DNA from: Emiliania huxleyi CCMP1516
Lineage: Eukaryota
Length of the DNA stretch: 64,000 nucleotides
Direction of reading: 5' to 3'
Assembly: GCF_000372725.1 (NCBI RefSeq)
Contig: NW_005201421.1
Coordinates: 62,001 to 126,000 of the forward strand
Positions 1-11,133 of the stretch are shown piece after piece (within the stretch, counting starts at the first letter, position 1; every line of letters starts with the position of its first letter). Both the position numbers and the translations under genes were made by a program. Below the pieces are notes generated by a model that ran no database searches, was not told the origin of the DNA, and worked only from the letters and a program-made list of their open reading frames with translations.

Positions 1-3000
1 GCGGCAGCGCTGCCAAGCTGAGCTGGGCGCGGCTGCCGCTCGCGCTGCACGTAGTCTGCGACTCCGGCGCCCGCGCCGACGGCAGGGCGGAGGATGACTC
101 CTCAGCGGAGCACTCAATGAATGGCTCGTTAGGCTTCCGCGCCGAGGACCTGCGGCAGGGCGGCGTCGGCGACTGCTGGTTCATGAGCGCGCTCGCCGTG
201 GTTGCCCAGCGGCACGACTTGATCGCCCGCATCTTCTCCGCCGACACGGCGCGCAACGCGGCCGGCTGCCTCGCTGCCTGCGCAATGGGGGAGAAACACT
301 GAAGAGACGGCCGGCTCAATGCTCAGGCGCGCAACGCGGCCGGCTGCCACTGCCTGCGCCTCTTCCTCGACGGCGCGTGGACGTCAGTCTGGATCGACGA
401 CCAGCTGCCGGTGACGGCGGCGCCGCGGCGAGACCACCTCGCCTTCGACACAAAGCTCGCCTTTTGCCGCTGCGGCTCCGCGAGCGGCGAGCAGCAGCTG
501 TGGGCGTCGCTGGTCGAGAAGGCGCGCGCCGACGAGGAGTCATCACGACGTGGGAGTGAGAGGAGGGATGACTAGTGACTGTTGATGACTAGTGACTGTT
601 GATGACTAGTGACTGTTGATGGGCGCCGCTGGTCGGGCAGGCGGAAGTCGCATAGCAGCTATCTCCCCCATATCCTCCCCCATATCTCCCCCACATCTCC
701 CTCATATCTCCCCCATACCTCCCCCACATCTCCCCCACACCTCCCCCACATCTACCCCATCTCTCCCCCACACCTCCCCCACATCTACCCCATCTCTCCC
801 CCACATCTCTCCCATGTCTCCGGGCAGGCGTACGCCAAGGCGCACGGCTCGTACCAGTCCATCTCCGGCGGCTGGGTGGCCGAGGCCCTTCTCGACCTGA
901 CCGGTGCTCCCACCGAGATGCAGCACCTCGGCTACTCCGCGCGTGAGTGAGCCATGAGTGAGGTCACCGACGAGCACAGGCGCGCCCACCGAGATGCAGT
1001 ACCTCGGCGACGCCCGCTTCGACTCGGAGGTGCCAGCTCCACCGCCACACCGCGCCACGACGTGCTGGGACAACCTCCAGCCGACCCACGGGTGCCCAAG
1101 CCGCCTCGCGCGTCCCAGCCCGACCGGCCCTCTCGGCGGCAGGCGACGTGGGCTCGACTCAAGGCTTACGCGGCGCTCGAGCTGCCAATGGGGTGCGGCA
1201 CGAACAACGCCGAGGGGAGCAACCTGAGGCAGGTCGGCCTCGTCGGCGGGCACGCCTACTCGATCCTCGACGTGAGGGAGGCGGCCACCCGCGCGGGCGA
1301 GGTGGCCGCGCTTGCTGCTGCGCTGAGGACTCGCTGGCCACGAGTCGCTCGTTAAGACTTTAGGCGGGGTGGTCCCCCACATCTCCCCCACATCTCCCCC
1401 ACATCTCCCCCACATCTCCCCCACATCTCGTCCTGACGTAGGCGAGGTGGTCCGCCTGCTGCGCGTGCGCAACCCGCACGGCTGCACAGAGTGGAACGGC
1501 GACTGGAGCGACGCGTCCGACAAGTGGGCCGAGCTCGTCGGAGGCGTCGAGGGCGGAGGCGGCGCCTCGTCCCCCTCCGGCGCCGCCGCTCTGCCTCTGT
1601 GCCCCTACGGCGCCGCCTGCTACCGGCGCAGCTCGCAGCACCGCGCAGAGTACCGCCACCACCGGCTGCCGACCGACCAGGCTGCGCGAGGCGGCGGAGG
1701 AGGCGACGGGTTCGACCGCACGGGAGTGGACGACGGCACGATCTGGGTCGGCTAGGCCAAAGCCCAAGAGGGCTTCCGCCTCATGGCGCCTTGGTGAATG
1801 AGCTAGGCACCTTCTGGATCGATTACACCAAATTTATGATGGGGTTTAGCCACGTCGACGTCTGCTACGCCTTCCGCGGCTGGCGCGCCTCCTCCTCCCC
1901 CCAACCACTGCTTGACTGGCAGTGTGGCTCATCGACCAACCATCGGCTATAGGCACGCCTCCTCCTTCCCAAACCACTTCCCGGCGGAGCGAAAGACGGC
2001 GAGGCGCGTCTGCGCGAGCGTGCTCACCGTGCGGCCGGCCGAGCGGGCGGCGACGCTGATGGTGATGGCCCTCCAGCCGACCAAGCGAGGGGCCTGGTGC
2101 CGCGCGGACCGCAAGAAGTCCTACCGGCTCGGCGACGTCTCGCTGCTGATCGGCCGCCCCGCCGACGGCGGCTCGGGCCTGTCCAAGGCACGCCCGTGAC
2201 ATGTCCGGCACATGTCCCTCAGGCCGCCTCACCGACGACGGCTCCGCCATCGCCTCGCTCGTCGGCGGGGGCCTGCGCGGCGCCGACCCGCGGCGAGCGG
2301 ACGCAGGCAAGGACTCGCTGCTTGAGCTCGTGCTTCGCTGGCTAGGCGCCGACCGCGGCGAGCGGACCTGGGTGGCGCGGCTGGACGACCCGTCGGCGTC
2401 GTATGTGGTCGTTCCGCTCTGCTTGGGCAACAACCCGACCGCGGCCGAGTCGACCGCCCGCCAGCCCTTCTCGCTCCGCCTCTGGTCGTCCGAGCCGTTG
2501 CGCGTCTCCAAGGCGTCGAGCTGCCCACCCGAGAGTACCCGAGAGGACCCGAGAGGACCCGAGGGGACCCGAGAGGAGCCGAGAGGAGCCGAGAGGAGCC
2601 GAGAGGAGCCGAGGACCCGAGGTCACCCGAGGTCACCAGAGGTCACCCGAGAGGACCCGAGGTTACCCGAGGTTACCCGAGGTCCCCCGAGGTGGTTAGG
2701 TGTCGAGCTACCCTCCTGCGGAGGCGGCGAGCTTCCTGGCGGTCGAGAGGAGCAGCGAGCTCGCGCTGCAGGAGCCCGTTCAGCTTAGCCAACCAGAGGA
2801 GGAGTGAATGGGAATGAATGGCTGTGCGAGCTCGCCCTCCCCTCGTAACCCACATACCCCCGCCACCCACACACACCTTGCAGGCCCTCACCCCGCCTCG
2901 CTGTCCCCTCACCCCTCGCCTCACTGTCGCAGGCCCTCCACCTCGCGCTCGCCTCGCGTGTCTCTCCCGCGGCCGCCTCACTGCCGCGAGGGCTCGCCCG

Positions 3001-3761
3001 CGCCCCCGAGCTCGAGAGGCTGATGCTGCAGCCCGAGCACGCACCCCTCCTCTTCGCGGAAGGCGCCGACGCGCGCATTAGCCGGCGCGCGACAGACCCC
3101 TCTCGCCGAAGCTGCTCCCTCATGAAGAGCTACCTCCTTCCTCGCTTCACTACTCAGGCGCGTCATCCGCCTCTCGCCGACCGCCGCCGTGCTCACCGTG
3201 CGCGGCTCCGAGATCACCCTCATCGCCGCCTACAACTGGGGGCGGCCGGACGAGGAGCACCTCGCTCTGCGGGCGACGGCGTACGTCAAGTCGTGCAGCG
3301 CCCGCTCGGCCGACGGGCTGCTCACCAACCAGAAGGAGCGCGCCGACGCCTGCTGCCGCCCGAGGGGGCGTGTCGTCGACGCGCCACGGACATGTCCTGG
3401 ACATGTCCCGTAGGAGCTCGCCGACGCCTACTACCGGCGGCGCGCCGACGAGGAGGAGAGGGCCAAGGCCGAGCGGGCGGCGCGCGGCGTGCCGCCGCCG
3501 CCGGCGAACGGCGAGCGTGGGCCGCGCTGGCCCGCGAAGTGGCAGGCGTACCGCGCGTTCGGCAAGGTTGCGCCGCGGTCGCGCCGTCTGTTCATGGTGG
3601 TGGCCGCGTCGGGCGTGCAGGAGGAGCTCGGCGCCATCGACGTCGAGATCGCCGACGACCACGACCACGGGGCAACCGCCGCCGGCCCGTCGGCCGCGTC
3701 TAAGCGAGAGGCCGCCGCCGCCAGCTCCGCCACGGCGATGCACCGGTGGCTGAGCCACGCA

Positions 3762-3802
<41 letters not shown>

Positions 3803-4013
3803 GGCCGGCGGCGGCGCCTCACCGTGGGCGCGCGGCGCGTCGTCAGAGGGCGTCTTCGCCGCCGCGCCCTTTGCGCCCGAGGAGCGGATCGCTCTCGCGG
3901 TGCCTTCTTGTACGAGTGAGCACTGAGCCGCATCATTCTGACGAGTCAGGAGTGGCTCGCCATCGAGGTCTTTCTGCGCGCCAAGCGGGAGGGCGGCGGA
4001 GGGGCGGCCTCCA

Positions 4014-4060
<47 letters not shown>

Positions 4061-4687
4061 GAGGAGGCATTGGCGGCGGTGCTCGAGGCTTCGGCGCGGG
4101 AGCACGAGGCGCGGCAGGCGGGCGACTACGGGACATGTATGTGGAGGACGCGTCCGTGACACGTCCGCGGCACGTCCCTCCAGGCGCGGCAGGCGGGCGA
4201 CTACGAGGCCGCTCTTGCCGCCTCGCGCCGCCTGCAGCCTCAGCCTTGGGCGGCGCCGCCGAGCTCTCAAGACGACCCCGACCTCGCTGCCGCGATCGCC
4301 GCAAGCTTGCAGCCGGCGCCGAGCGAGGGCGCGGCTCTGCACGATCTCGCCCGGCCGGACGCTGCCGGCGCCGACCCCGACCTCGCTGCCGCGATCGCCG
4401 CGAGTCTCGCCGACGTCGAGCGGGCGGGGACCGATGTTGCGGGGGGCGCGGCTGGGAGGGGGGAGGAGGAGGGGGCGTTTCAGCGCGCCCTTGCGCTCAG
4501 CCGGCAGGCAGGCACGGTGGCGGCGGGCGGGCTTGGCTGCGAGGAGGCGCCGATCGAGCTCTCCGACGACGACGGCGGGGCGACGGAGGGGGACGAGCCG
4601 GAGGAGCCAGCGGGGGAGGCTTTGGCGCCGCCCCCGCCGCCTTCTGCCGAAGAGGTCCGCGCAGCGCGGCTCCGGCGGTTTGGTTAG
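1..4687 (+). CDS. Calpain-family cysteine protease (peptidase C2), multi-exon, 5' end outside window; PBZ zinc finger insert and C-terminal UIM-like repeats
   Basis: Spliced exons give QGGVGDCWFMSAL (catalytic Cys, ~160-190), FLDGAWTSVWIDDQLP, EKAYAKAHGSY, GHAYSILDV (His, ~1250), RVRNPHG..EWNGDWSD (Asn, ~1470) and DDGTFWIDY. C-terminal DPDLAAAIAASL x2 and stop at 4687 (…RLRRFG*). Assigning 3900-4687 to this gene is inferred. Confidence 0.85.
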
Positions 4688-4958
4688 GCTCACTCTCGCC
4701 AGGGCACCGTGGAGCCGGGGCGCCCACGCCCGGCGGGTTGCGAAAAGGCTAGAGCCACTACTAGAGGGACAGAAAACTCCCCTTTCGTGTGTCTAACACT
4801 TTTACGGTGACGTACATGTACATGTAAAAATGAGTCATGGTACAGTCGAGGCTGCGGCTTTTGCGCTGGAGCGATTTCATTCACGAGCGTACGGCTTTAC
4901 CCATGTACGGCGGGGGTGTGCGCGCGCGCGAGTTCAACAGGTACAGGTGAATACAGGC

Positions 4959-6059
4959 TCAGGCCGCCAGGAGGCGCGCCACGAGCGCTGCTTTGACGCC
5001 GGTGGTGGCCAAGCCGAGGCGCTCGCACTCGCTCCTCAGCTCTGCGACTCGCATGGCCTGGTACCGCTTCTCCGCGGCCGCCTTGTCCTCGCTCGCGCCT
5101 GGCACTACGCGCACACACCGCTCCGCACCTTTCTCGCCCTCGTAGTACTGCACCTCGCCGTCGGCGAACTCCGTGCCCACCAGCCGCTCCGCACCTTTCT
5201 CGCCCTCGTAGTCCTGCACCTGGCCGTTGGTAAACACCGCGCGCACCTTCCGCTCCGCGCCTTTCTCGCCCTCGTAGTACTGCACCTCGCCGTCGGCGAA
5301 CTCCGTGCGCACCAGCCGCTCCGCGCCTCGCTCGCCCTCGTAGTGCTGCACCTGGCCGTTGGTAAACACCGCGCGCACCTTCCGCTCCGCGCCTTTCTCG
5401 CCCTCGTAGTAATGCACGTTGCCGCTGGTAAACACCGTGCGCACCAGCCGCTCCGCACCCCGCTCGCCCTCGTAGTGCAGCACGTTGCCGTTGGCAGTCT
5501 CCATGCGCACCTTCCGCTCCGCGCCTTTCTCGCCCTCGTAGTGCTGCACCTGGCCGGACTGCAAGAGGCGTCGCCGCAGATTCGCGCCATTCGCGTCGCC
5601 GCGCCGCAGTCTCCAGTATTTGGCGCGACTCGCGCCAGCACCCGTCACTTCCGACGAGAGGCAGAGCGCCGGGCTCACCCTCGCAAGCCACGGGAAGTGG
5701 TCGGCGCTGGCGCGGCGGTCGGCGGTGTAGGCGCGAAGGGTGCCCTCGTTCAGCGTTGCCGACACCGTGACGAAGGCACCGGCAAAGCGTTGGATGAGCA
5801 GCAGCCGCATCGCCACGGCGAAGAGAGGGTCCTTGAAGCGCGCCAGGCCGCTGCGCAGGGCGAGGAGGCCGAGGCGTGGCGACGCGAGGCTGAAGGCGGC
5901 GCAGTCGGAGAAGTCGTCGACGCCCTCGAGGATGCGAAGGTGCAGCTCCGGCGGCAGCTCGCCCAGCCAGTCCGTGGGCGGGGCGTCGTCCTCGGTGCGT
6001 GCGCGGGGCGAGCGCGACATTGAGCAGTCCCCGGAGCAGACCGACATCGAGCGCGACAT
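4959..6059 (-). CDS. Intronless F-box-like + ~22-aa tandem repeat + SAP domain protein
   Basis: WLGELPPELHLRILE (F-box-like); 7 repeats of G(Q/N/E)VxxYEGE(K/R)GAERxVR; C-terminal MRVAELRSECERLGLATTGVKAALVARL (SAP motif). Confidence 0.8.
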   Translation of the reverse strand: MSRSMSVCSGDCSMSRSPRARTEDDAPPTDWLGELPPELHLRILEGVDDFSDCAAFSLASPRLGLLALRSGLARFKDPLFAVAMRLLLIQRFAGAFVTVSATLNEGTLRAYTADRRASADHFPWLARVSPALCLSSEVTGAGASRAKYWRLRRGDANGANLRRRLLQSGQVQHYEGEKGAERKVRMETANGNVLHYEGERGAERLVRTVFTSGNVHYYEGEKGAERKVRAVFTNGQVQHYEGERGAERLVRTEFADGEVQYYEGEKGAERKVRAVFTNGQVQDYEGEKGAERLVGTEFADGEVQYYEGEKGAERCVRVVPGASEDKAAAEKRYQAMRVAELRSECERLGLATTGVKAALVARLLAA

Positions 6060-6152
6060 GCGCGGCGCAAACTTATTTTCTTTTTCCCAAAAATAACGGG
6101 AAAGAGACCCCGCCCCGCTCGGACGTGGCACTGATTGTTTTTCTCGCTGTCA

Positions 6153-9133
6153 ATGGTTGCAGAGTTCGCAATCTCGCGGCGCCGCGCCGCGGCGCTGCTC
6201 CTCGCCGCCCTACTCTCGTCGTCCCTGCCAGCGGCGAGCGCCGCAGCTGCGCTGAGGCTCCCCCGCTTTTGGCGGAGAGGAGCGGACAAAGCAGCGTCGC
6301 CGGCCAACTCGGCCGGCACTCCGCTGCCCGCCGCTGCCCCGCCGCAGCCGCTGCTGCTACCGCCGCCGCAGCCACCGCCGCCGCCGCCGCCGTCTCCGCC
6401 GACCGCCGAGGCGCTGCGGCAGCGAGCTGAGCTGCTGGAGCTGGAGGCAGAGAGGCACGCCCTCGAGGCGGCCGCGCTGCGGCTCGAGACAGAGCAGCGC
6501 CGGCTGAGCCGAGGCGAGTGGCGGCCGCCGGCGTCTCCAGCAGCGAGTGGGGCGCCGCCGGCAGCCACTTCCCCGCCGGGCGGCGGTTTGGGCGAGCGGC
6601 TCGACGTGTCTGCGGATCAGGCGGGCGGGAGAGAGGCGGGCAGGGAGGCGGGCAGGGAGGCCGAGAGAGACGGCTCTGAGGGGATGGAGGGCCGCGCGTT
6701 CGACGAGGGGCTCGAGGCGGCGGTGGCGCGGCTGCAGGAGGCGCTCAAGGAGGCGGGCGAGGAGGGCGAGGAGAGCGAGGCGCAGGCGAGGCGCCGCGCC
6801 GCCAGGAGCCTTCTCTGAAGCGTCTCCTCAGTCTCCCGTAGGAGAGCGAGGCGCAGGCCAGGTACCGTGCTGCCTGGGGCGACCTCGGCCTTCCCCCCGA
6901 CCGCTTCCCGCTCGAGGATGGCGCCGTGAGTGAGGCGCAGCTTGCGGCGCTGCAGTCGGAGGTTGTCGGCCTTCACCTGCCCCCCCCTCCCCCCAATCAG
7001 CAAGGAATGAGTTCCTTTATTGACGAATCATCAGGTCTTCGGGATCGACTCCTTCCTCCCCTCCTCCGCCGCCGTCACCCCGTGCGGCGTCTTCTTCTCG
7101 GGATCGCTGCGCAAGGCGCCGCCCGACGCGGCGGCGCTGCTGCAGGAGCGGCTGTCGTGCGAGCTCAGCCGTCCTCCTTCGGTAGCCCCTCACCTGACTG
7201 CCCTCACCTGACTCGCTGCTGCAGGAGCGGCTGTCCGCGAGCGAGTCGCTGCGTGACTCGGTGCGGCTGCTCCTGCCGCGCGAGCCGCTCTCCTGAAGGT
7301 CCTGAAGGGTTGGGGACGGACCGCCAGTGACCTGCCCCCTCGCAGGTCCGCCTCTTCCTGTTGCGCGACCCGCTCTACGCCCCGTCGCTCGAGGTGCCCG
7401 AGCCGGCGAGCGCGTCCGAGGACCCGCACGAGGAGGAGCTATCTCCCCCTATCTCCCCCGTATCTCCCCATATCTCCCCGTGTCTCCCCATAGGACCCGT
7501 ACGAGGAGGAGCTCTTCCTCATCTCGCTGCCGCCGCCCGTCGTCCTCGCCCTCCCCGCCGCCCTCCTCCCCGCAGCAGCCACGGGCTCCGGAGAGGCAGC
7601 CCGCCCCCTCGCACCACCCTCCGGCCCAACCCTCCCCGGCCAGCGCTGGCAGCAGGCTGACGCGAGGACGCACTCTCTCCGGTAGGCTGCCCCGCTGCCT
7701 CTCTTCGCCTGGTCCGCCCTCTCCGTCTTCACCACCGCCGGCGCCGCCCTCGGGGCACCCTCCTCCGCAGTCGCCCCTCCGCTCGCCGCCGCCGAGTCCG
7801 CCGCCGCCGCCGGCTCCGGCAACGGACGCGAGACGCCCAGCGCGGACCACGACTGCCCACTTCCTCACTCCCTCTTGTTCTGTGTTGAGCGCAGGCAACA
7901 TGGTCGAGCTTCTCGACGCAGCGGCGTACGCGGCGCCCATCTACGCCACCGTCGCCGCGCTGCTTCTCGCGCACGACGCGGCGCACGTGGTGGCGGCGAG
8001 GCGGCACGGCCTCCCCGTCAAGCCTCCCCTCCTCCTCCCCTCTGTCGAGCTCGGAACCTTCGGCACGCACGCGCTGCTCGGCGCCTACCCGCCCAGCCGC
8101 ACCGCCCTCGCCGACTTCGCGCTCTCCGGACCGCTCGTCGGCACCGCCCTCTCCGCCGCCGCCTTCCTCGCCGGCCTCGCCCTCACCGCCGCCGCGCCCG
8201 CGCCGCTCCTCGACTCCTTCCCTCGCCTCTCGCCAGCGATGCTGCACTCGTCGCTCCTCCCCTCGCTGCTGGTCGACGGGCAGCCGACACACCTCGCTCG
8301 CCCACGCCCCCCCTGAACACAGCCACCCCCCCCCCACCCCACCCCCCCCAGGGGGCCAGGACACACGTCCCTCAGGGTCGGGTTTTACCAGAAGGCGCCG
8401 CCGGAAGCCGCCGCTTTGCCGGTGCCGGTGCACCCCCTTGCCATGGGAGGGGCTTTCCGCTTTTCAGGACCCTTTCCATCCCCCCCCCCCCCCAAAAACA
8501 CACCCCACGGACCTTTCCCCGCCCTTACCCCCCCCCCCCCCCCACACACCACCACCACCACCACTCCTCCAACCGCCCCTCCCTCGCGCGGCCAGGCTTC
8601 CTCTCCCTCCTCGGCAACGCCCTCTCTCTCGTCCCGTGTGGCCGGCTCGACGGCGGCCGAGCAGCCACCGCCTGCTTCGGGCGGAGAGCGTCCGAGGCGA
8701 GGGGGCCTGACTGCTGCCGTCGTCGTGCTGTGAGCAGCGCCTCTTCACAGCTGCCGCGGGCTGTGAACACAGGCCATGGGCGTGCTCTCGGTCCTCGTCG
8801 TGCTGTCCGCCGTCGCGCTCAACGACGGCGCGCTCGGTCGCCCGCGCCCTGGGGCGATGGGTGAATGAGGGACTCATGGCATTGATGAACGCGTCAGGCG
8901 CGCCGGAGCTTCTCCTTCTCTGGGGCGGCGTCGTGCTGCTCCCGCAGCTGCTGCAGCAGGGCGAGGTGCCGTGCGCCGACGAGATCACGCCGCCGCCAGA
9001 GTCGCGCCGCCGCGCATTCCTCGCGCTTGTCGTCGTCGCCATCCTCTGCCTGTCGCCCGCGCCGCACGCCGAGCCCGCCCTCTCGCTGGACTCGTTCGCA
9101 GAGAGCTTTGGCGCGGCGGGCATTGCGTTGTGA
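6153..9133 (+). CDS. EGY-like site-2 (M50) membrane metalloprotease homologue, multi-exon, N-terminal signal peptide
   Basis: Hydrophobic leader; VFGIDSF and GVFFSGSLR; HDAAH..AARRHG..PPLLLPS..LGTFG..DFALSGPLVG; VHPLAMG; GNALSLVPCGRLDGGRA; PCADEIT near the C-terminus. Confidence 0.75.
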
Positions 9134-10197
9134 GATCCTTGATTGTGTCCTGCCGGTGCCCTTTGAGCCGCGCCGCGAGGGTATTTTCCATATGCGGCGC
9201 GTCACGCGAACGGCGATTTTGCGTCAGACAATTCCGAGAGCGAGTACGTACGTATGTTATCACCGCGGTGTGTCACACCACACACACGCGGCAGACGAGC
9301 CGCGACGGTGGACGGAGCAGCACAAACGCACATCTCGTATCTGTCCAGCGCCTGTTCACATGCGACATGCCCGCATCACGGGGGTTCACAGCTCACCACA
9401 CGTCACACACGGCACACGCCCCCCGCAGGGCGCAGCTCCACTAGCTCACCAGCACTCGCACGAGTGACAAGACACACCTCTCTCCACCTTTTCCCACCTG
9501 ACCGTTGCCCGCCCCGTCGTCACACGGGCGTCTGCAACAGCATGCCAAACTCCTCGAGATCGAGGTCGCCCGTGTGACGGCGGCCGTATCGGAAGCGCTC
9601 CTCCGCAAGCCGGTGCTGTGTCTCAGGTTCGAACAGGCGTCAACACCTCTTGACGACCATCTCACGGCACTGTGACGCACTCTCACAGCACTCTCATAGC
9701 ACTCTCAGGAGTAAAAAAAAGCGCCTTCTTCACACCAACACCTCGGCGCATATGCAGGCCAGTAAAAGAAAGAAAAGAAAGAAAACAGGCACCCCAAGGG
9801 AGGGATGGGAGGACGGCACGCCGCCACCACACAGGGATTTTAAGGAGAGGGGTGTGATGCGCTAGCCGTCGCCCACCCTTGGGCGTCCGCCTCTTCCTAT
9901 CTCTCTTCGCAGTCTCTCGCCGGTTCTCGCTGCAACCTTCATGCCACCTCGCGGTCGCCCCCTTCTCGTCGTTCTTTCCCTTGTCTCTTCTTCTTCTGTC
10001 GCGTCGCTCTCCTCTGCTTCGTTCTGCGGCGCCGCCGCCTCCTGCCGGTCCCTTGCTCTCGCGGCTTCTTGCGCCTTTCGGCGCATTTGCTGTGAAAGGG
10101 ACAGACTTCTTCAATTTCTTGCCAACATCGGCGATCATGTTCTGTCTGTCATCAGCCCCGCCGACTCCGCTGAACCTCGACAGCTCGAACGTGCGTC

Positions 10198-10782
10198 ATG
10201 CAGGCAACCAGCACAGGGCCGCGGCTCCGGCGGCTGGCATTCGGGAGCGGCGCCGCTCTCCTCCTCCTGCTCCTCGTCGCCAGCGTAACATCCTCCTCCT
10301 CCCGGCGGCCGCATTCAATGTTCTTTGGCCTCAGCAGCAGCTTCTGCAGCGCCACGCCCAGCAAAGTCTCCAGCCCCCTCCGGTGGGCAGAGCCCAGCAC
10401 TGAGAATGACCGCGCCGCAACCGCGGATCGAATCTGCTGCAGAAACCACGATTATGCCGAGTGGTCCGGGAGCTGGACGGTGAGCAGCTTCCCGAAGCGC
10501 CTCGCGGCCGGCGAGACCATCACCTTTTACGACGTGGCCTCGCATCTGCCTCTATATCGCGCTCCGATCGGCCGCACCTTTGACGAGTTTTTCGACGAGT
10601 CGAAGGCGCACGGCTGGCCTTCGTTCCGCGACCAGGAGGTCATCTGGGAGAACGTAGTGGTCAAATCTGGTGGGGAGGTGGTGAGCGGGAACGGGACGCA
10701 CCTTGGCCACAACCTGCCGGATCGCAAAGGCAATCGGCATTGCATCAACCTGGTCTGCGTTTCCGGCCCTCCGCCAACGTGA
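10198..10782 (+). CDS. Methionine sulfoxide reductase B (SelR)-like protein with hydrophobic N-terminus
   Basis: HGWPSF, THLGHN and RHCIN motifs typical of MsrB; no CxxC zinc pairs visible. Confidence 0.75.
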   Translation: MQATSTGPRLRRLAFGSGAALLLLLLVASVTSSSSRRPHSMFFGLSSSFCSATPSKVSSPLRWAEPSTENDRAATADRICCRNHDYAEWSGSWTVSSFPKRLAAGETITFYDVASHLPLYRAPIGRTFDEFFDESKAHGWPSFRDQEVIWENVVVKSGGEVVSGNGTHLGHNLPDRKGNRHCINLVCVSGPPPT

Positions 10783-11133
10783 GCGACTGCTTGCAAAACG
10801 CGTGGCGGTGCAATAGGTGTATTGTGGCAGTGAGCCAGGCCGTGGGCCGTGTGAGTGAGCTCGCAGAGTCTGTGTACGTATTTGACAAGTTTAATTGCTG
10901 AGAACTTTTGGTTTGTGAGAGCTCAAACCCGTCACTCTCTCCGAACCGATCCCAGGACTTCAAAAGACACCAGACAAAACGCGTACACGGCGAGGAGCCA
11001 GGACCCACGCGCCTTCATCCCCCTGCCCCCTGTAGAGCCGTAAGTACCGAGTATACATACGCGGCCTGACAAGCTGTGCCCGAGAGCGTGTTCACGTACC
11101 CTCCGCTAGCTGCCGCGAGTCGACTACGACCCG

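Noticed and set aside
3431..4693. Long antisense and alternative-frame Arg/Ala/Pro-rich ORFs here and throughout
   Set aside because: These are shadow ORFs expected at very high GC, overlapping better-supported genes.
10198..10782. Selenoprotein MsrB
   Set aside because: The catalytic position is TGC (RHCIN) and there is no in-frame TGA.
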